A stretch of DNA of 58,766 nucleotides, the filler included, from Fonticula-like sp. SCN 57-25 (lineage: Eukaryota), in the NCBI GenBank assembly GCA_001724245.1. It is 2 parts of 2 records of this genome, joined end to end, with 100 filler letters (N's around TTAATTAATTAA, not from the genome) between each part and the next. Parts side by side here need not be neighbours in the genome. Positions count along the whole stretch, not along the records: positions 1 to 29,750 come from MEDX01000050.1; 1 more part is not named here. One strand, written 5' to 3'. Shown piece by piece: positions 1 to 13,372 of the stretch (position 1 is its first letter; each line of letters starts with the position of its first letter). The notes below the pieces were generated by a model. It was not told the DNA's origin. It did no database searches and saw only the letters and a list, made by a program, of their open reading frames with translations. The translations under genes and the position numbers were made by a program.

Positions 1-489
1 CCCGATCGAATTTGATTCGAGAAGGAATCGATCCCGCCACGATCCACATCACCGGCAATCCCGTCGTCGATTCTCTCAAACGGATCGCGGAACGAGACGA
101 GCCGCTACCGGTCGATCTCCCGCCTTCCCCCCGTATGATTCTGATCACGGCGCATCGAAGAGAGAGCCTGGGAATTCCCTTGCTCCGAATTTGTCAGGCG
201 ATCTCCGCTCTCCATCGAAAACATCCAGATGTCGAATTTCTCTGGCCGATCCATCCCAATCCTTCAATCCGGCCGATCGTTCAAGCTGAGATTGGAGGCC
301 TGGAACGCGTCCATCTCTGCGATCCCTTGCCGTACGCTCAGTTTGTTTCCGCGATGAAACGCTCCACGCTCATCCTGACAGACTCCGGGGGCGTGCAGGA
401 GGAAGCCCCGGCACTCGGTAAGCCTGTTCTTGTGCTCCGGCCCGACAGCGAACGCCCGGAGGCAATTTCCGCCGGCGTCGCCCGAATCG
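1..489 (+). pseudogene. wecB: Partial bacterial-type non-hydrolysing UDP-GlcNAc 2-epimerase, cut at both ends
   Basis: Motifs TGNPVVD, ITAHRRES, HPNP and LILTDSGGVQEEAPALGKPVLVLR..ERPEAI.AG. Similarity ends abruptly after AGVAR at ~489. No introns. Confidence 0.85.
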
Positions 490-1848
490 GCGGCAACCGC
501 GAGCGTGTCTGCTGCCGTGTCCGAGCCGTCCGCCACTACTGGCAAAAAGCGCGCGGCCTCCCCCGAGCAGTCGCTTGCGGCCAAGCATAATCGCAAGGCG
601 GGTCGGCAGGCCGCCGCGGTGGCCGCCAAGAAGCGCCGCGTGCTAGAGGCCGCAAACGAGACCGAATACTACTTTGAGAACGGCCTTCGCAAGGTGCGTC
701 CGTACAAATTCATCTACCACGCGCACGCGAAAGGGCGCTGGCTCGGCCGCCCTCTGCTCGATGTCTTCATGGGCGAGTTTCGCGACTTGACGCCGGCCTA
801 CTACAAGGATGCGATCGAGACCGGGCGCATCACGGTGAACGGCGCCAAGTCTTCGGTTGACTATATTGTGCGCAACGGCGACCTGATCGGCCACGCGCTG
901 CATCGCGTCGAGCCCCCCGTGACGGGCGACCCCATCGGTATCGTGTCCCAAACCGACGATCTCCTCGTGGTGAGCAAGCCCGCGTCGATCCCGGTGCACC
1001 CCTCTGGCCGCTACCGCCACAACTCTCTCCTCTTTATTCTCCGCCGCGAGCACGAAGAGTTTGCCGAGCTGTACCCGATCCACCGCCTCGACCGCCTGAC
1101 GTCGGGCGTGCTGCTCCTCCCGCGCACCAAGGCAAAGTCGCTCGAGCTGCAGCGGCAGCTGCTCGGCCAGGAGCTCCAGAAGGAGTACCTCTGCCGCGTA
1201 CAGGGCGTGTTTCCAGAAGGGGAAGTCGAGTGCGCCGAGCCGATCGCCGTCTTTCACCACAAGCTCGGCCTGAATGTCGTCGCAAAGGACGGCAAGCCGT
1301 GCCGCACTGTCTTTCGCCGCGTCGCCACGACCGGGCGCACCTCGCTGGTGCACTGCCGACCCTACACGGGCCGCACGCACCAGATCCGCGTGCACTTGCA
1401 GTTTCTTGGCTTTCCAATTGCCAACGACCCGCTGTACGCGCACCCGGCGTGGGGGCCGGCGCGCGGTCGGGGCGGCGTCGACGAGGAGGAGCGGCAACGC
1501 GTCCTCGAGCGGTTCTACGGCATGCAGCAGCGCGGGACGTACGACGAGGAGGCGCGCGGCGTCATAGAAAAGAAAAAGGAAGCGGAGGAACCAAAGGAAA
1601 AGACGGCGGCAGAGGCCGCAGAGTCTTTTTGGTCATCGCCGTCGGCGGCGGTGAGCCAGCGGCCCGACCCGCCGCCGCACAAGATGTGCCTGTGGCTGCA
1701 CGCGCACAAGTACTCGGGGCCCGCCTGGGAGCATGTCGCGCCGCCGCCGGCGTGGGCGAGCGAGGACTTTGAGGACGACAAGGACATTGAGCTGTCGACG
1801 ATATGGAGCGAGCTCGCAGTCGACCTCGGCGACGAAGGCGACAACTAG
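430..1848 (+). CDS. RluA-family pseudouridine synthase (Rib2/Pus8/Pus9/RPUSD2-like); true start codon missing
   Basis: YYFENGLRKVRPY, KGRWLGR, S4-like segment, KPASIPVHPSGRY, catalytic HRLDRLTSG, GRTHQIRVHLQ.LG.PIANDPLY, LWLHA..Y. Single exon. Confidence 0.93.
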   Translation: MCSGPTANARRQFPPASPESAATASVSAAVSEPSATTGKKRAASPEQSLAAKHNRKAGRQAAAVAAKKRRVLEAANETEYYFENGLRKVRPYKFIYHAHAKGRWLGRPLLDVFMGEFRDLTPAYYKDAIETGRITVNGAKSSVDYIVRNGDLIGHALHRVEPPVTGDPIGIVSQTDDLLVVSKPASIPVHPSGRYRHNSLLFILRREHEEFAELYPIHRLDRLTSGVLLLPRTKAKSLELQRQLLGQELQKEYLCRVQGVFPEGEVECAEPIAVFHHKLGLNVVAKDGKPCRTVFRRVATTGRTSLVHCRPYTGRTHQIRVHLQFLGFPIANDPLYAHPAWGPARGRGGVDEEERQRVLERFYGMQQRGTYDEEARGVIEKKKEAEEPKEKTAAEAAESFWSSPSAAVSQRPDPPPHKMCLWLHAHKYSGPAWEHVAPPPAWASEDFEDDKDIELSTIWSELAVDLGDEGDN

Positions 1849-1958
1849 AGTGTATATACGACCTTTTCGTGTACATCCCCTTTAATCGACGATCAATATA
1901 TTATCCGAAATATTTTACTCGAGACATTTTGCAAATAGAGAAACAAGAAAATAATAGT

Positions 1959-2359
1959 CTAGGCGACCGGCCGGCGCCGGCTGGCGGCATGGTACAGGCG
2001 GTCGAGGCGCTCCTGGATCACGCGCAGATGCTGGTGGACATGCTGAACGCGCCTCCTCGAGTTGGCAAGCTTTTGCACGTAGGGATCAAGGTTGGGCGTC
2101 TTGGATACCTCCACAAACTTTTGGAGCTCGCTCGATAACCGATCAATCTCCTTGAACAGGTCTATTTGGCTCTCGCGCACGGCCGTCACGCTCACATCAA
2201 GATCGTGCACAAGCGGTACCAAAAGATCAACAATGCCCTAAACAAACTATAAGAAACCATACTTAATATAAAACCATCCCGTACCTTTGTCAGCTCCTCC
2301 TTGGCCACCTCCAGCTCGTGCGAAAACTGCGTGTTGTCCGCCTCCTGCGCCGTCGCCAT
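1959..2359 (-). CDS. SNAPIN: Snapin (BLOC-1 subunit), 2 exons
   Basis: LVPLVHDLDVSVTAVRESQIDL..EIDRL..EL..DPYVQKL.NSRRRV..V...L..IQERLDRL matches the snapin pattern. GT-AG intron at ~2238-2284, ATG at 2359. Confidence 0.85.
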
Positions 2360-2387
2360 CGCCGCTCACAACAGGCCGGGTCGCGGG

Positions 2388-2395
2388 TCACGTGA
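2388..2395. promoter_or_regulatory. Palindromic E-box TCACGTGA in the snapin/RPS14 divergent promoter
   Basis: Exact 8-mer; the same motif sits upstream of RPL9 at 36669. Confidence 0.5.
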
Positions 2396-2519
2396 TTTGA
2401 TGGTGATCAGCCAGATCTTGATGGTCATCAAGAGAGAGTTTGGCTCAGGCGAGGTAACTTGTGCTCGGCCTCTTTCACCCATCCGCCTGTACGACCAACC
2501 GGCGCGTTGAGTAGTAATC

Positions 2520-3611
<1,092 letters not shown>

Positions 3612-3718
3612 TAGAGACACTTCCATTGCACACACATCACTTGAAAGTTGTTCAAAAGAGAGAGACATGACTGAGACGATTCTCTACATTCAAATCTCTC
3701 CCTCCCTTCCCGCCTGCC

Positions 3719-4279
3719 ATGAGCCTTCAAGCTGTCGTGTGCGACAAGAACTGCGCCGCCATCGGCCCGTACTGTATGCGCCTGTGCTGCTCGTTGCCTA
3801 TACCGTGCTAACAGTTTGGCGTTGAAGCCTCGGCCATTGTCGCCAATGGCCTTGTCTTTGCCTCTGGCCAGATTGGCGGCCATCTCCCCGACGGTCGCCT
3901 GGACGAGACCATTGAGGCCCAGACGGTGCGTTCCATCAAGCAGTGTAGGTAGTGTTATTAACGCCCCTTCTTTCATGTGCACAGACGCAGACGCTCGTCA
4001 ACCTCAAGAACGTGCTCGAGGCCGCCGGCTCGTCCATGAGCCTCGTGACCAAGTGCACCGTGTACCTCGCCAACTTTGATCACTTTGCGGCCATGAACGC
4101 CGTCTATGCCTCGGTGCGCCTCTTTATATCCACATTGTGCGTCTGTGCTCATAATTGTGTATGAATAGGCGTTTGGCGAGCACCGCCCGGCGCGCGTGTG
4201 CATCCAGGTGTCGCGCCTCCCCAAGGACGCCCTCGTCGAGATCGACGCCATCGCCGTCCTCGCCAACGCTTCCCTGTAA
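3719..4279 (+). CDS. RidA/YjgF/UK114 reactive imine deaminase, multi-exon
   Basis: [69 protein letters not shown] across GT-AG introns. Confidence 0.92.
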
Positions 4280-4592
4280 GCACGCGGCAAGTTTAGCGCA
4301 CCCCTTTCAATACAGTATCAATAAAGTTCTATTCCTATTCTATGAAAGCAAGCTATGCAACGCGTATGCGCTCATACACTATCATACACTATCATGATAC
4401 ACTCTCAAATGATCTAGTTTTCAATGCAGTTTTTATTACCTTTCCAGGCGACAACAAGCTATACATTGCATTGCGTGCGCGGCACTGTATCCATAGCGCG
4501 CACAATTACACGAAAAAGCGGCAAAGAAAACGAGCGAAATAGAAAACATTCGGTCGCCCCAAAAACGAATATCACAGCACCGACGCTTTCCC

Positions 4593-6105
4593 TTACTCGT
4601 CGTCCTCCTCATCCTCCTCATCTTCCTCCTCATCGTCGTCCTCCATGGCGTCCTCGTCCTTGGGCGCCTTGGCGGGCCGCACGCGGTTGGCCTGCTTGGC
4701 CTTTTGGCGCGCAGCGAGCTCCTCGGCCGTCGGCTCGACGAGCGTCGTCACCTTGCCGGCGTGCCAGTAGCCGAGCAGCTCAACCTTGAACTCGGCAATG
4801 GGCATCATAAGAAGTTTCTGCCAACGAAAGGTGAGCAAAGGGGGTAAAGAGCCAATCAGAGACGAGAAAAAGTCATATAAAAATGATACCAAAGTGATAC
4901 CAAAGTGAAGCAAAAGTGACACATGGGCAAGCAACGTAATACGTGAGCAAGCAAAAGAGATACACCGCCAATCATAGACACCCAAAAGTGATACACAGCC
5001 AATCAACAACCGCCAAAAAATTCACTTTGCCAATCATGACGTACCAAGATCTGCGCCTGCTCGGGCGTGAGCGCCTGGCCGGGCGTCGCCACCGTGTACG
5101 ACCTGAGGTTCATGACCTTGCCTGCTCAAGTGTCAGTGGCGGTAAAGGAAAGGAAAGAGACGCACCGTTCTTGAGGGCGGTCGTCATGCCGAGCTTGCGG
5201 AGCGTCGGCTCGAGCGTGTGCACCATCGGCTCAAGGCCGGCCATCACTTGGCCTGGGAACGATCGTCAGCATTTGTAGGACGAAGGGCGAAAACAGATAT
5301 GAAAATGAGTACATGTACACACATAAATGTACATGACACGTATGTACATTCATATACAGAGACATACAAACACCTTTACCATACACTCATACCCATACAC
5401 TCACACCCATACACTCATACCCACACCAATACCCATATCAATACTTACACCAATACTCACACCACCACACTATAACCATATACACTCAAAACTTTTCACT
5501 ATTATCGTCATAATTAGCCATGGAAAACGTACCTTCCGGGACGACGATCTCGTCCGAGGGGATGAAGCCCGAGCGGGCGTACTCGGTCTTGACAAACGTG
5601 TCAAAGTAGTCCTGCACCTCGGTGGGCTTGGAGTTGGTCATGAAGAGACCGACCTGGCCGGTGAGGCGCAGCGCAATCTCGTGAAGGTTCTTGTGCTGCT
5701 CGGTCTCGCGCGTGTTGCCGAGCGCGATGCTCATCACGCGGTTCTTGCCCATGAAGAACCTGCAGGAAAGGGTAAGACAGGGCCACGCGGGGGGGAATGG
5801 CGCACCGGCTCGTCTCCCAGTCGGAGCGGACGTCCTTCAGGTGCGCATTGCGCATATTATCGACCGAGAAAACATACACGTACGAGAACTCGTCAAGGGC
5901 AGAGCGGATCTACAGAGCACGGAAAGATCAGCAACAGCGGCCAGTCAGCGGTCAAACATACGTCCTCCATCATGCTGTCCTTGGCGACGCGCCCCTTCTT
6001 CTGGGTCTGCGTCAGCGACACTATAATTGAACGAACGTGTCAGTTATGCGTGTGCGCAAGGGGGAGAGAGGGCGTACCGAGCTTGGAGCGTTTCGACTTT
6101 GGCAT
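4593..6105 (-). CDS. MRT4: Ribosome assembly factor Mrt4 (P0 paralog), multi-exon
   Basis: MPKSKRSK, YVFSVDNMRNAHLKDVR, GKNRVM..ALG, GQVGLFMTN, EPTLRKLGM.T.LKNG, LTPEQAQIL, acidic tail. Confidence 0.93.
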
Positions 6106-7053
6106 GGCGGCGGGTGATGCTCCAGGTGTGGTTCCTCCACGTGCCGCTTGCAAACTGAAATCTGGTTTGCATCGAGCAAAGTGAGATCAGTTTGCGTCAT
6201 GTCAGGGCAGTATGCGGCTTGCTTGCCTATGCGCTCGTGCACCGGGATCAATGCACATGCACGGTGGGCGAGGAATAAGACAATACGACGAGCATGTACA
6301 TAAAGAGCGTGTATAACTACCGAGCATTATTTGACCTTCTTGTATTTTGTGGGCGATCTCACCAAGTCATATCTGCATATTTGAGGCCAAACATACGCTC
6401 ACGAAATAAGCAATGCATAATATATATTCTCAATGTACAATACCGACCTAACATATCAAGCTCTGTTTTATCAAATACGTACAATTGAATACGCGAGCGC
6501 AGCATGCCGTGGCATTCTTGTGATATATTTGTTCGTTGATCTTCATCTTACCAACATGATGTCGACATCAAAAGATCGCCGAGATCGCCAAAAATGACAC
6601 TGCGCATCACCCGCAGCATGTCCTCCCCTCCTTAACACGCACAAACCCGCCGTCGCCCACTCCCTCTGACCTCATCCGCATCATCGCCTATCGATGTCAC
6701 CATCTCGCAACACGTCCCAAAAAGGAAATCTGGGCTACTTTGTACAATGCGCATTTGGGCAGGCCCAAGCGGCCCAATTTGAATTCTCTGCCTCGCGGCG
6801 CGCGCCTCTTTCGTTCCTTTGGGCCGGGCAGCGCCATTTTTGTCTTTCCCTTCGTGCCTCCTGCTTTTCCCTTTCCTTTCGCTGTTTCTCGGCGGTCGAG
6901 TCTCGGTGGTGACTGCAGCGGTACGCTATGCTGACAGGGTGGCACGACGCAACTGCCGCTCTTGCTCTTTTCCCCTCTGCCCGGGGCGCCGGCGGGGCGC
7001 TGACGCGCGCTTTCAGGTAGCGGTTTAGAATTTAGACGACGGCGGTGAGGAGC

Positions 7054-7964
7054 ATGCAGCGGTGCTCAGACGACTGGGACCCAAAGCTCGTCGACTATGG
7101 CGCGGCGGGTACGACTAACAGTGTGGACCGCGTGCGGTGCTGATCTTGGACGCTGACATAATGGTAGGCGAGCTCGGCCGGAAAAATAGCAGCGGCCTCG
7201 AGCTGGAGCGCGACAGTGTCGAGTGGGCGGCGTTCCAGGCCGAGTACGCCGCGCTTCATCCGCCTAGTGACCTCTCCGAGTTTGCGCCCCTCCTGCCGCC
7301 TTTTCGACTGTCGAGCGCCGGAAGCTTGACCGAGACCCTCCAGAGCCCGAGCTTTGAACCTGCCGCCCTCAGCGACGTGCCGGGCCTCGCGCCGGCCGTC
7401 CTGCCGGCGCCGTCCATCTACCCCGGCGGCGAGGCGCCGCACCGCTACGACGGGCACGAGGCCAAGCGCTCGTCGCAGCCGCAGAGCAAGGACGACCAGG
7501 ACTATTCCAGTGACGGCTCGCCTGCCTCGTCGTGGTCACAAAGCGGCGCCTGGAGCGCGTCAGAGTGCGGCGCGGACAGCGGATCGCGCGGGCGGCCGCG
7601 CTCAAGAAAGGAGGCCGTGTTCCGCTCAGGCCGGACGACGCGGCAGACGCGCGGCGGCGCAAGATCGGCGGCCGACATCCCCGGGCGGGCCGAGACTGCC
7701 GTCGGGCGCCTCACGCGAGTCGAGTTTCTGCAGATGATCCAGGGCCTCGAGGAGGAAGAGGCGAACAAGCTGCGCAAGCTGAGGCGGACGCAGCGAAACG
7801 CGCAGTCGCAGCGCGAGTCAAGGCGACTAAAAGCAGAGTTCAAGTCGTGGGTGAGCAGCGACAGCAACAGCAACCGGTCAATAAAGATGAGCGATGCCGA
7901 GGGGCCGTGGCTGAGCAGCATCGCAGAGGACACGGTGCGGGATCGTGACAGATCTATAACATGA
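7054..7964 (+). CDS. Maf/CNC-like basic-region transcription factor with no evident leucine zipper
   Basis: ATG 7054; intron ~7109-7167 joins in frame. LTRVEFLQMIQGLEEEEANKLRKLRRTQRNAQSQRESR has a Maf-like extended homology region and the bZIP N-x7-R signature. Probable 5'UTR intron ~6921-7016. Confidence 0.6.
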
Positions 7965-8644
7965 CTGGGAAGCGGCGACGATCAGCTACTATAAAAAGGG
8001 TCTGCGAGACCCGACAAAGCTACAGCAAACGCCGTTTCTATACACGCTCAAGAGGACAAGAGCATTCATGGTTGCGAAACGAATACGAGGCGTGCGCAAG
8101 GCGACAACATCATGATCGCACAAGAGTGACAAGCAGGAGATCGATTTGGTGTGTCAGCACTGCAAAAGTGCTGAAAAGCATTGAAAGGATAAAAAAATTG
8201 CAATACTTTTTACTATTGTACAGGCTCTGTGAGCATTCGTCTTTCTCCATTATGTATTAATACTACACAGGACTACACTGTAATACACTCAATGCCACTC
8301 TTGCTGTACTAACAAGTGCAAGGTGCTGAATCCATATCTGTATTCCGTAAGATTATGATACGCAATACACATTATGGATAAGCAATACAGGCAAGGGTAC
8401 TTTTAGGACATAAATTAGATACTTTTTCTCATGCACTGGGTACTTTAATGTGTACTTTAACTATAGTATACATTGGTTTTACTTGCTTCACATTGTTATT
8501 ACTTGCTTATGTCTCTACAAGTCACTCAATGCCATCTACTATGCAAAAAAGCACTGCATTATATACTGTATATATACGTCCCTTTACCCCCCCAGGACAC
8601 ATCCTCTAATATCAAAATAATATACAAATCCCACCACTCCCAAT

Positions 8645-11600
8645 CTAATCCAACGGCCTCTCATTCCTAATAATCATCTGCGAATTGCACGCAATCCTCG
8701 TCAACTGCATAAGCACCTCTGCCTGACCCGCCTGCTCCCTCTTGAGCGCCTGACCTGCTTTTGCATGTCTGCTTTCTGCTTCTGCTTCATCAAACAGTTT
8801 TGCGACTGAGCGGACGGTGTGGCGAAGGTCGAGCATGCCACGTGCGTGCTGCTCGGCGGCGGCTTGCGTGCGCCGAAGCAAAGTTGTGTCAGAGCCGACG
8901 AGGAAAAGTGCCGAGGCGAAACGATCGGCTAAAAGTGCGTCTGAATCTGCCCCTGATAATGTGGAATCTGCCCCTGAATCTGGGGACGATGTTTGTGTGT
9001 CTGACCCTGAGAAAAAGGACAAAATGCCAGACGTTTCACCTGATACACTGACACTTCCACTATCAGAATCAGCCCCAGATTCAGCAGAGTCAACCCCTGA
9101 CAAACCGCCCTTTGCCTCCACATCAACCACGTGGCCACATTCACTGCAAACAATTTCGCCGACGCCGCCGACATCGGGCGCGACGACAGCGAGCCCGAGC
9201 GCCATTGCCTCCATGGCGACCAATGGCGTGCCTTCCACACGTGACGTCACCAACAAAATATCATGCTGCTCGGCCACGTGGCGCAGCTCATCCCCCTCGA
9301 GCGACCCTAATAAAGTAACAGAGACGCCCAATGAGCGAATAGCAGCGCGGACGGCGGACTCTTCTGGCCCCGCGCCGATCATTGTGGCGTGCACGGTGAG
9401 CGGCGACGCTGATTGGCGGAGACGGTCGATGAGGGCTGCGATGGCCAATGGGAAGAGAGCAGGGCGTTTTTCTTCCGAGAAGCGGCCGACAAAGAGGATG
9501 CGGAGGGTGGGGGGTGGGAGGGGTGGGCGGGGGGCGGTGCGCGAGAAGGCGTCAACGTCAATGCCAATATGGATTACCTGGAAAGATGGTGAGAAAGAGG
9601 AAAATATAGGGCAAATGTGATGTAAAATACAACACAGATAGCATCAAAACTCATGAAAAGTAACAATATTTATCAGTCATACAAGACAAGGTACAAGCAT
9701 CAGTCATACAAGACAAGGTACAAATTATCAATCATACAATGAAAGTAAAAAGTATATCAATCAGACAACAGAAAGTAAAATATATCAGTCATACAATGTA
9801 AATAATATATCAGTCATACATCACCATCATCAATATACAATATACATCCCATACTACTTTCTTTCCCATCTTCGCACCTTTCCTATCTCTGGATCTGCCC
9901 CATTCTCCACCATCTTCTCCCTCAACGCCCTCGATATATACACACTCTTATCAATATACCCCTGCATCCCAATCGACAGCGTCGTAAACCCGCCATCAAT
10001 CCACTCATCCACCCAATTATGATTCAAATCCACAACGGCGCCCACTGGACAATACCGCGCAATAAACGGCAAAAACAAATATGGCGCCGCCGCATTTGAA
10101 ATAAAAAGCGCGCCAATGTCCCTTGTCCTAACAAGGTAGCAGACAAGCTCGCCGTACACGTGCGCAGGTAAATGACCGTTCGCGACGAAAACGTCATCCT
10201 GCCGCGTGGACGCCCGCCCTCTGCCGAGCCACTCATTCCCGGCGGCGCCAAGCGGCTTTTGCGACAGCAATATGGTGGCGCTCCACGCGTGGTCGGCGCC
10301 AGTGAGGCCCTTGATAATGTCCAGCGCGACCTTGTCGGCGCCGCCAACGACGAGCCACGGCAGTAAAACTAGAATGTTGCGCTTGCGCGTGCCGCCGTCT
10401 TTCCCGCGCGAAACGTCAATGTCGGCGCGGCTGAAGAGCGGCTCAAAGTCGAGCGGCTGGTCGCCACGTGGCAGGGCGGCGGTGGTCCAGAAGGCGCGCG
10501 CGGCGGCGTCCGAGGCGAGGCTACGCTCGAGGCGGCGGTCGCCGACCATGCCGGGGCGCAGCGAGGAAAGGGAATTTAAAAGGGAGCGGGAAGTGGAAGG
10601 GCCGAGCGCGCCGCGGCACGTCGGAAGGGCGTGAAAGGCGCCGTCTGGGGAGAGAAATGCGAGCGGTTCGTTGAGGGAGACGCCCGTGCGGAGGTTAAAG
10701 TGGACGGCAAAGACGAGCTCGACGGGCGCGCAAAAGACGGCGGAGGGGGAGGGGGCGGGGAGGGAAAGGTGGCGGATGGCGTGCGTGGAAAAGAGGACGA
10801 GCGAGTCGGCCGCGTGGGCGAGGTCGAGAAGGGCGGCGGCGGACTCGGAGGGCGTCATTGTAAGGGTGGCGTTTTCGCGCCAAAGGTGGGAAAGGGCGCC
10901 GCCAATGACGACATAGTCGGCGGCAGAGTGCACGCGGAGGAGCCACGCGGCTTTTTCAAAAAGGTTTGGCGCAAATTCGTCGCCGATGCGCAGCACGGTC
11001 AAAAGAAAGCCGCGCGCGCTTTTCTTGGCAGTGTCGAGTTCAAACTTGCGCTGCGCGGATGCGGCATCGTCGGGGGGGCATCGGAGAAGCGTCGCGGCGG
11101 AAAGGGAAAGCTCTTTGGCGGCGACGAGCGCCCATTCTACAAAGGCGTCTTTTGATTGCGTGTGGCGATCGAGCTGGAGGACGACGGTGCGCTCGGCGCA
11201 CCCGCGCGCGATGCGGCCAAAGACTTCGAAGCGGCGGGCGGTGCTGCGCGCAATTGAGAGGGATGTTCGCTGCGCGTCGCGCAATAAAAGTTCCATGTCA
11301 ATTGGCTTGTCGTATGAAAAGAGGGCGGAGAGGACGATTGACACGGCGAGATCCTCGCCGCTGCGCAGCATCGACCGGCGCGCGCCCTGAACGCCATAGT
11401 ATGGATTCTCGTCCAGCCGTGGATCAGAATCATCGCCGCGCGACGCGCCATCGCACGCGGCCTGCACGCCGTCAGCGCCATACGAGCTAAACGCCGCGAG
11501 CTCGCGCTTTACGATCGCGCTCACGGTCGATGCCGTGCCATCGTAGGCGCGATTCAGGCGGACCAGGGCGAGGGTGCCCGCAAAGGCGATAATCACAAAA

Positions 11601-11761
11601 ATAATCCACCGAAACGAGGCGCGCAAAATTCGCCAGCTCCGCTTGGACACAACGCCGGAGCCGCTGCGGCTGACCCACGGCACGCCCGCACGGTCCGCGA
11701 GGCCCTCCTCGTTGAGCCGCCGGGCGGATCGAGGCGTCCGTGGAGGCGTCGGCGTCAACAT
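8645..11761 (-). CDS. Type II membrane glycosyltransferase: N-terminal TM, degenerate GT2-like region, GT4 (GT-B) domain; 2 exons
   Basis: LLPWLVVGGADKVALD, ILFVGRFSEEKRP, TSRVEGTPLVAMEAMALG.AVVAPDVGGVGEIV. Intron 9578-9877. Confidence 0.85.
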
Positions 11762-12077
11762 GTCAACGTGACAAAAATGCAATCTCGATGCAAACTAAAG
11801 GGCAAACTGGAAAAATCCGATGCAGCTTCGCGTAATTCTATGAATAGAACAAAAGTGTTGCAGCAGGGTAGTCTTTCAAAGAAATAGTACGGAAAAGCAA
11901 CTAAACTTAAGCACTTTTCAAGGTAAAACAGCCCAAAATATCACTTTTTCATGCTAAATTCCTTGAAATTCCATTGGTTCCATACATTGCAAACGCAAGA
12001 GTCATTATGAAATATATACAACTGAATAAATATGTGTGTGTTTGTGAGTCATATAATTAATATCGCGCCTACCGCGC

Positions 12078-13372
12078 CTACGCGCGCTTCTTATTCTGGA
12101 GGTACTCTTGCGTCGACGCAGTTCTCTTCTTTGCCGGATCGCCCCCCTCCTCGTACATCTTGATCAGCCGCTCGAGTATAAGCAGGCGCTCATCGCCTTC
12201 TGCTCAGGAAAACATATCAAAAATGAGCCAAAACGAGCCGCAACGTCATATTTAATATGACATACCGCACTTTGGCAGTCCTTCAATGAACTGCTCTTTG
12301 CCGATTCTGATCAGCGCAAAATGAAAAGCCGCATGGACGATCTCGATTGGGTCAAAGCGCAGAACAAGATTCGAAATATAGCTGTCATTCACATATGAAA
12401 ACGCCCACCTTGTCGCCTCTGCAAATTCAACACGCATCAGCACACGTGGATCATAAGGAATCACCATCGAGATCGTGCAGGTGATCATGCAGATCATTAT
12501 CGGAACATCATCACGCACCGCGGGGACAGTCGGGATATTTTTCTACCATTTCATAGCCGAGCGTGAGCAGGTAGTGGTACGGCGCGACGACAAATATGTC
12601 AAAGCAGAGCGTGGTCAGGATCAGCAGCTCGCGCTCAAACATTTTGGCCTTGTACTTTGGGTAATCCTGGCGATGGCGTCAGCAGGGCATCGGGAAGGAT
12701 GCCAAAGACGTACCTGAGGAGGGATGTTCAGACCGTAGACAGTGCTGAACTGCGTGAGGACATCGTGCGGGCGGATCTTGACCTCGCACACCTTGCCGGC
12801 AAGGAACGCGCAGGCGACGACCGTTTCCTGCGTGGCCGTCATGGCGGTCAGCATGCCGGAAAAGACACGAAAAGGGAAAGAAAAAAAAGGCGCACGGGAA
12901 TTGACTGCTTTCTCATTGAATGCAGCTGATAGAAGCGGTGAAAGTACGTCAGTGCCGTGGCTATTGTCGGCTGATCGCTGTAAAAAGACACACACGGGCA
13001 TGTGCGTCAGACGAAACCGAACAACAAAAAGGAAACACAAAAGGAAACCCAAGGCCGCCGCGCATATCCGCGCTTCATATCAATTCATATCCACAACACG
13101 CATGTTCCAACACATTTTCCGGTCGTGCCAACATTGCCCTTTTCACACAGCCATTTCTTTCATGATCCCGGAACAAAAACGCACTACTTGAGGTTAATCC
13201 CAATCTTCCACAGCGCGCCAGCATGCTTCTTACGCCACCGTTCCACTTCCTCGGGCTGCACATGGTCAATATAGAAAGTGGGCGACTTTTCTATCTCGTC
13301 ATCGCTAAACAGCCACTGATTCTTTTCCTTCTCCGCCTTGACCGGCGGCGTCAGCATGCTCCCCGCTGCCAT
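12078..13372 (-). CDS. Transcriptional cyclin (cyclin K/T/L, Ctk2/Pch1-like), multi-exon
   Basis: WLFSDDEIEKSPT..E.RWR, ACAFLAGKVCE, FERELLI..CFD.....YH, W.FVNDSY.S.L.L.F.P..I..AA. Confidence 0.8.
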
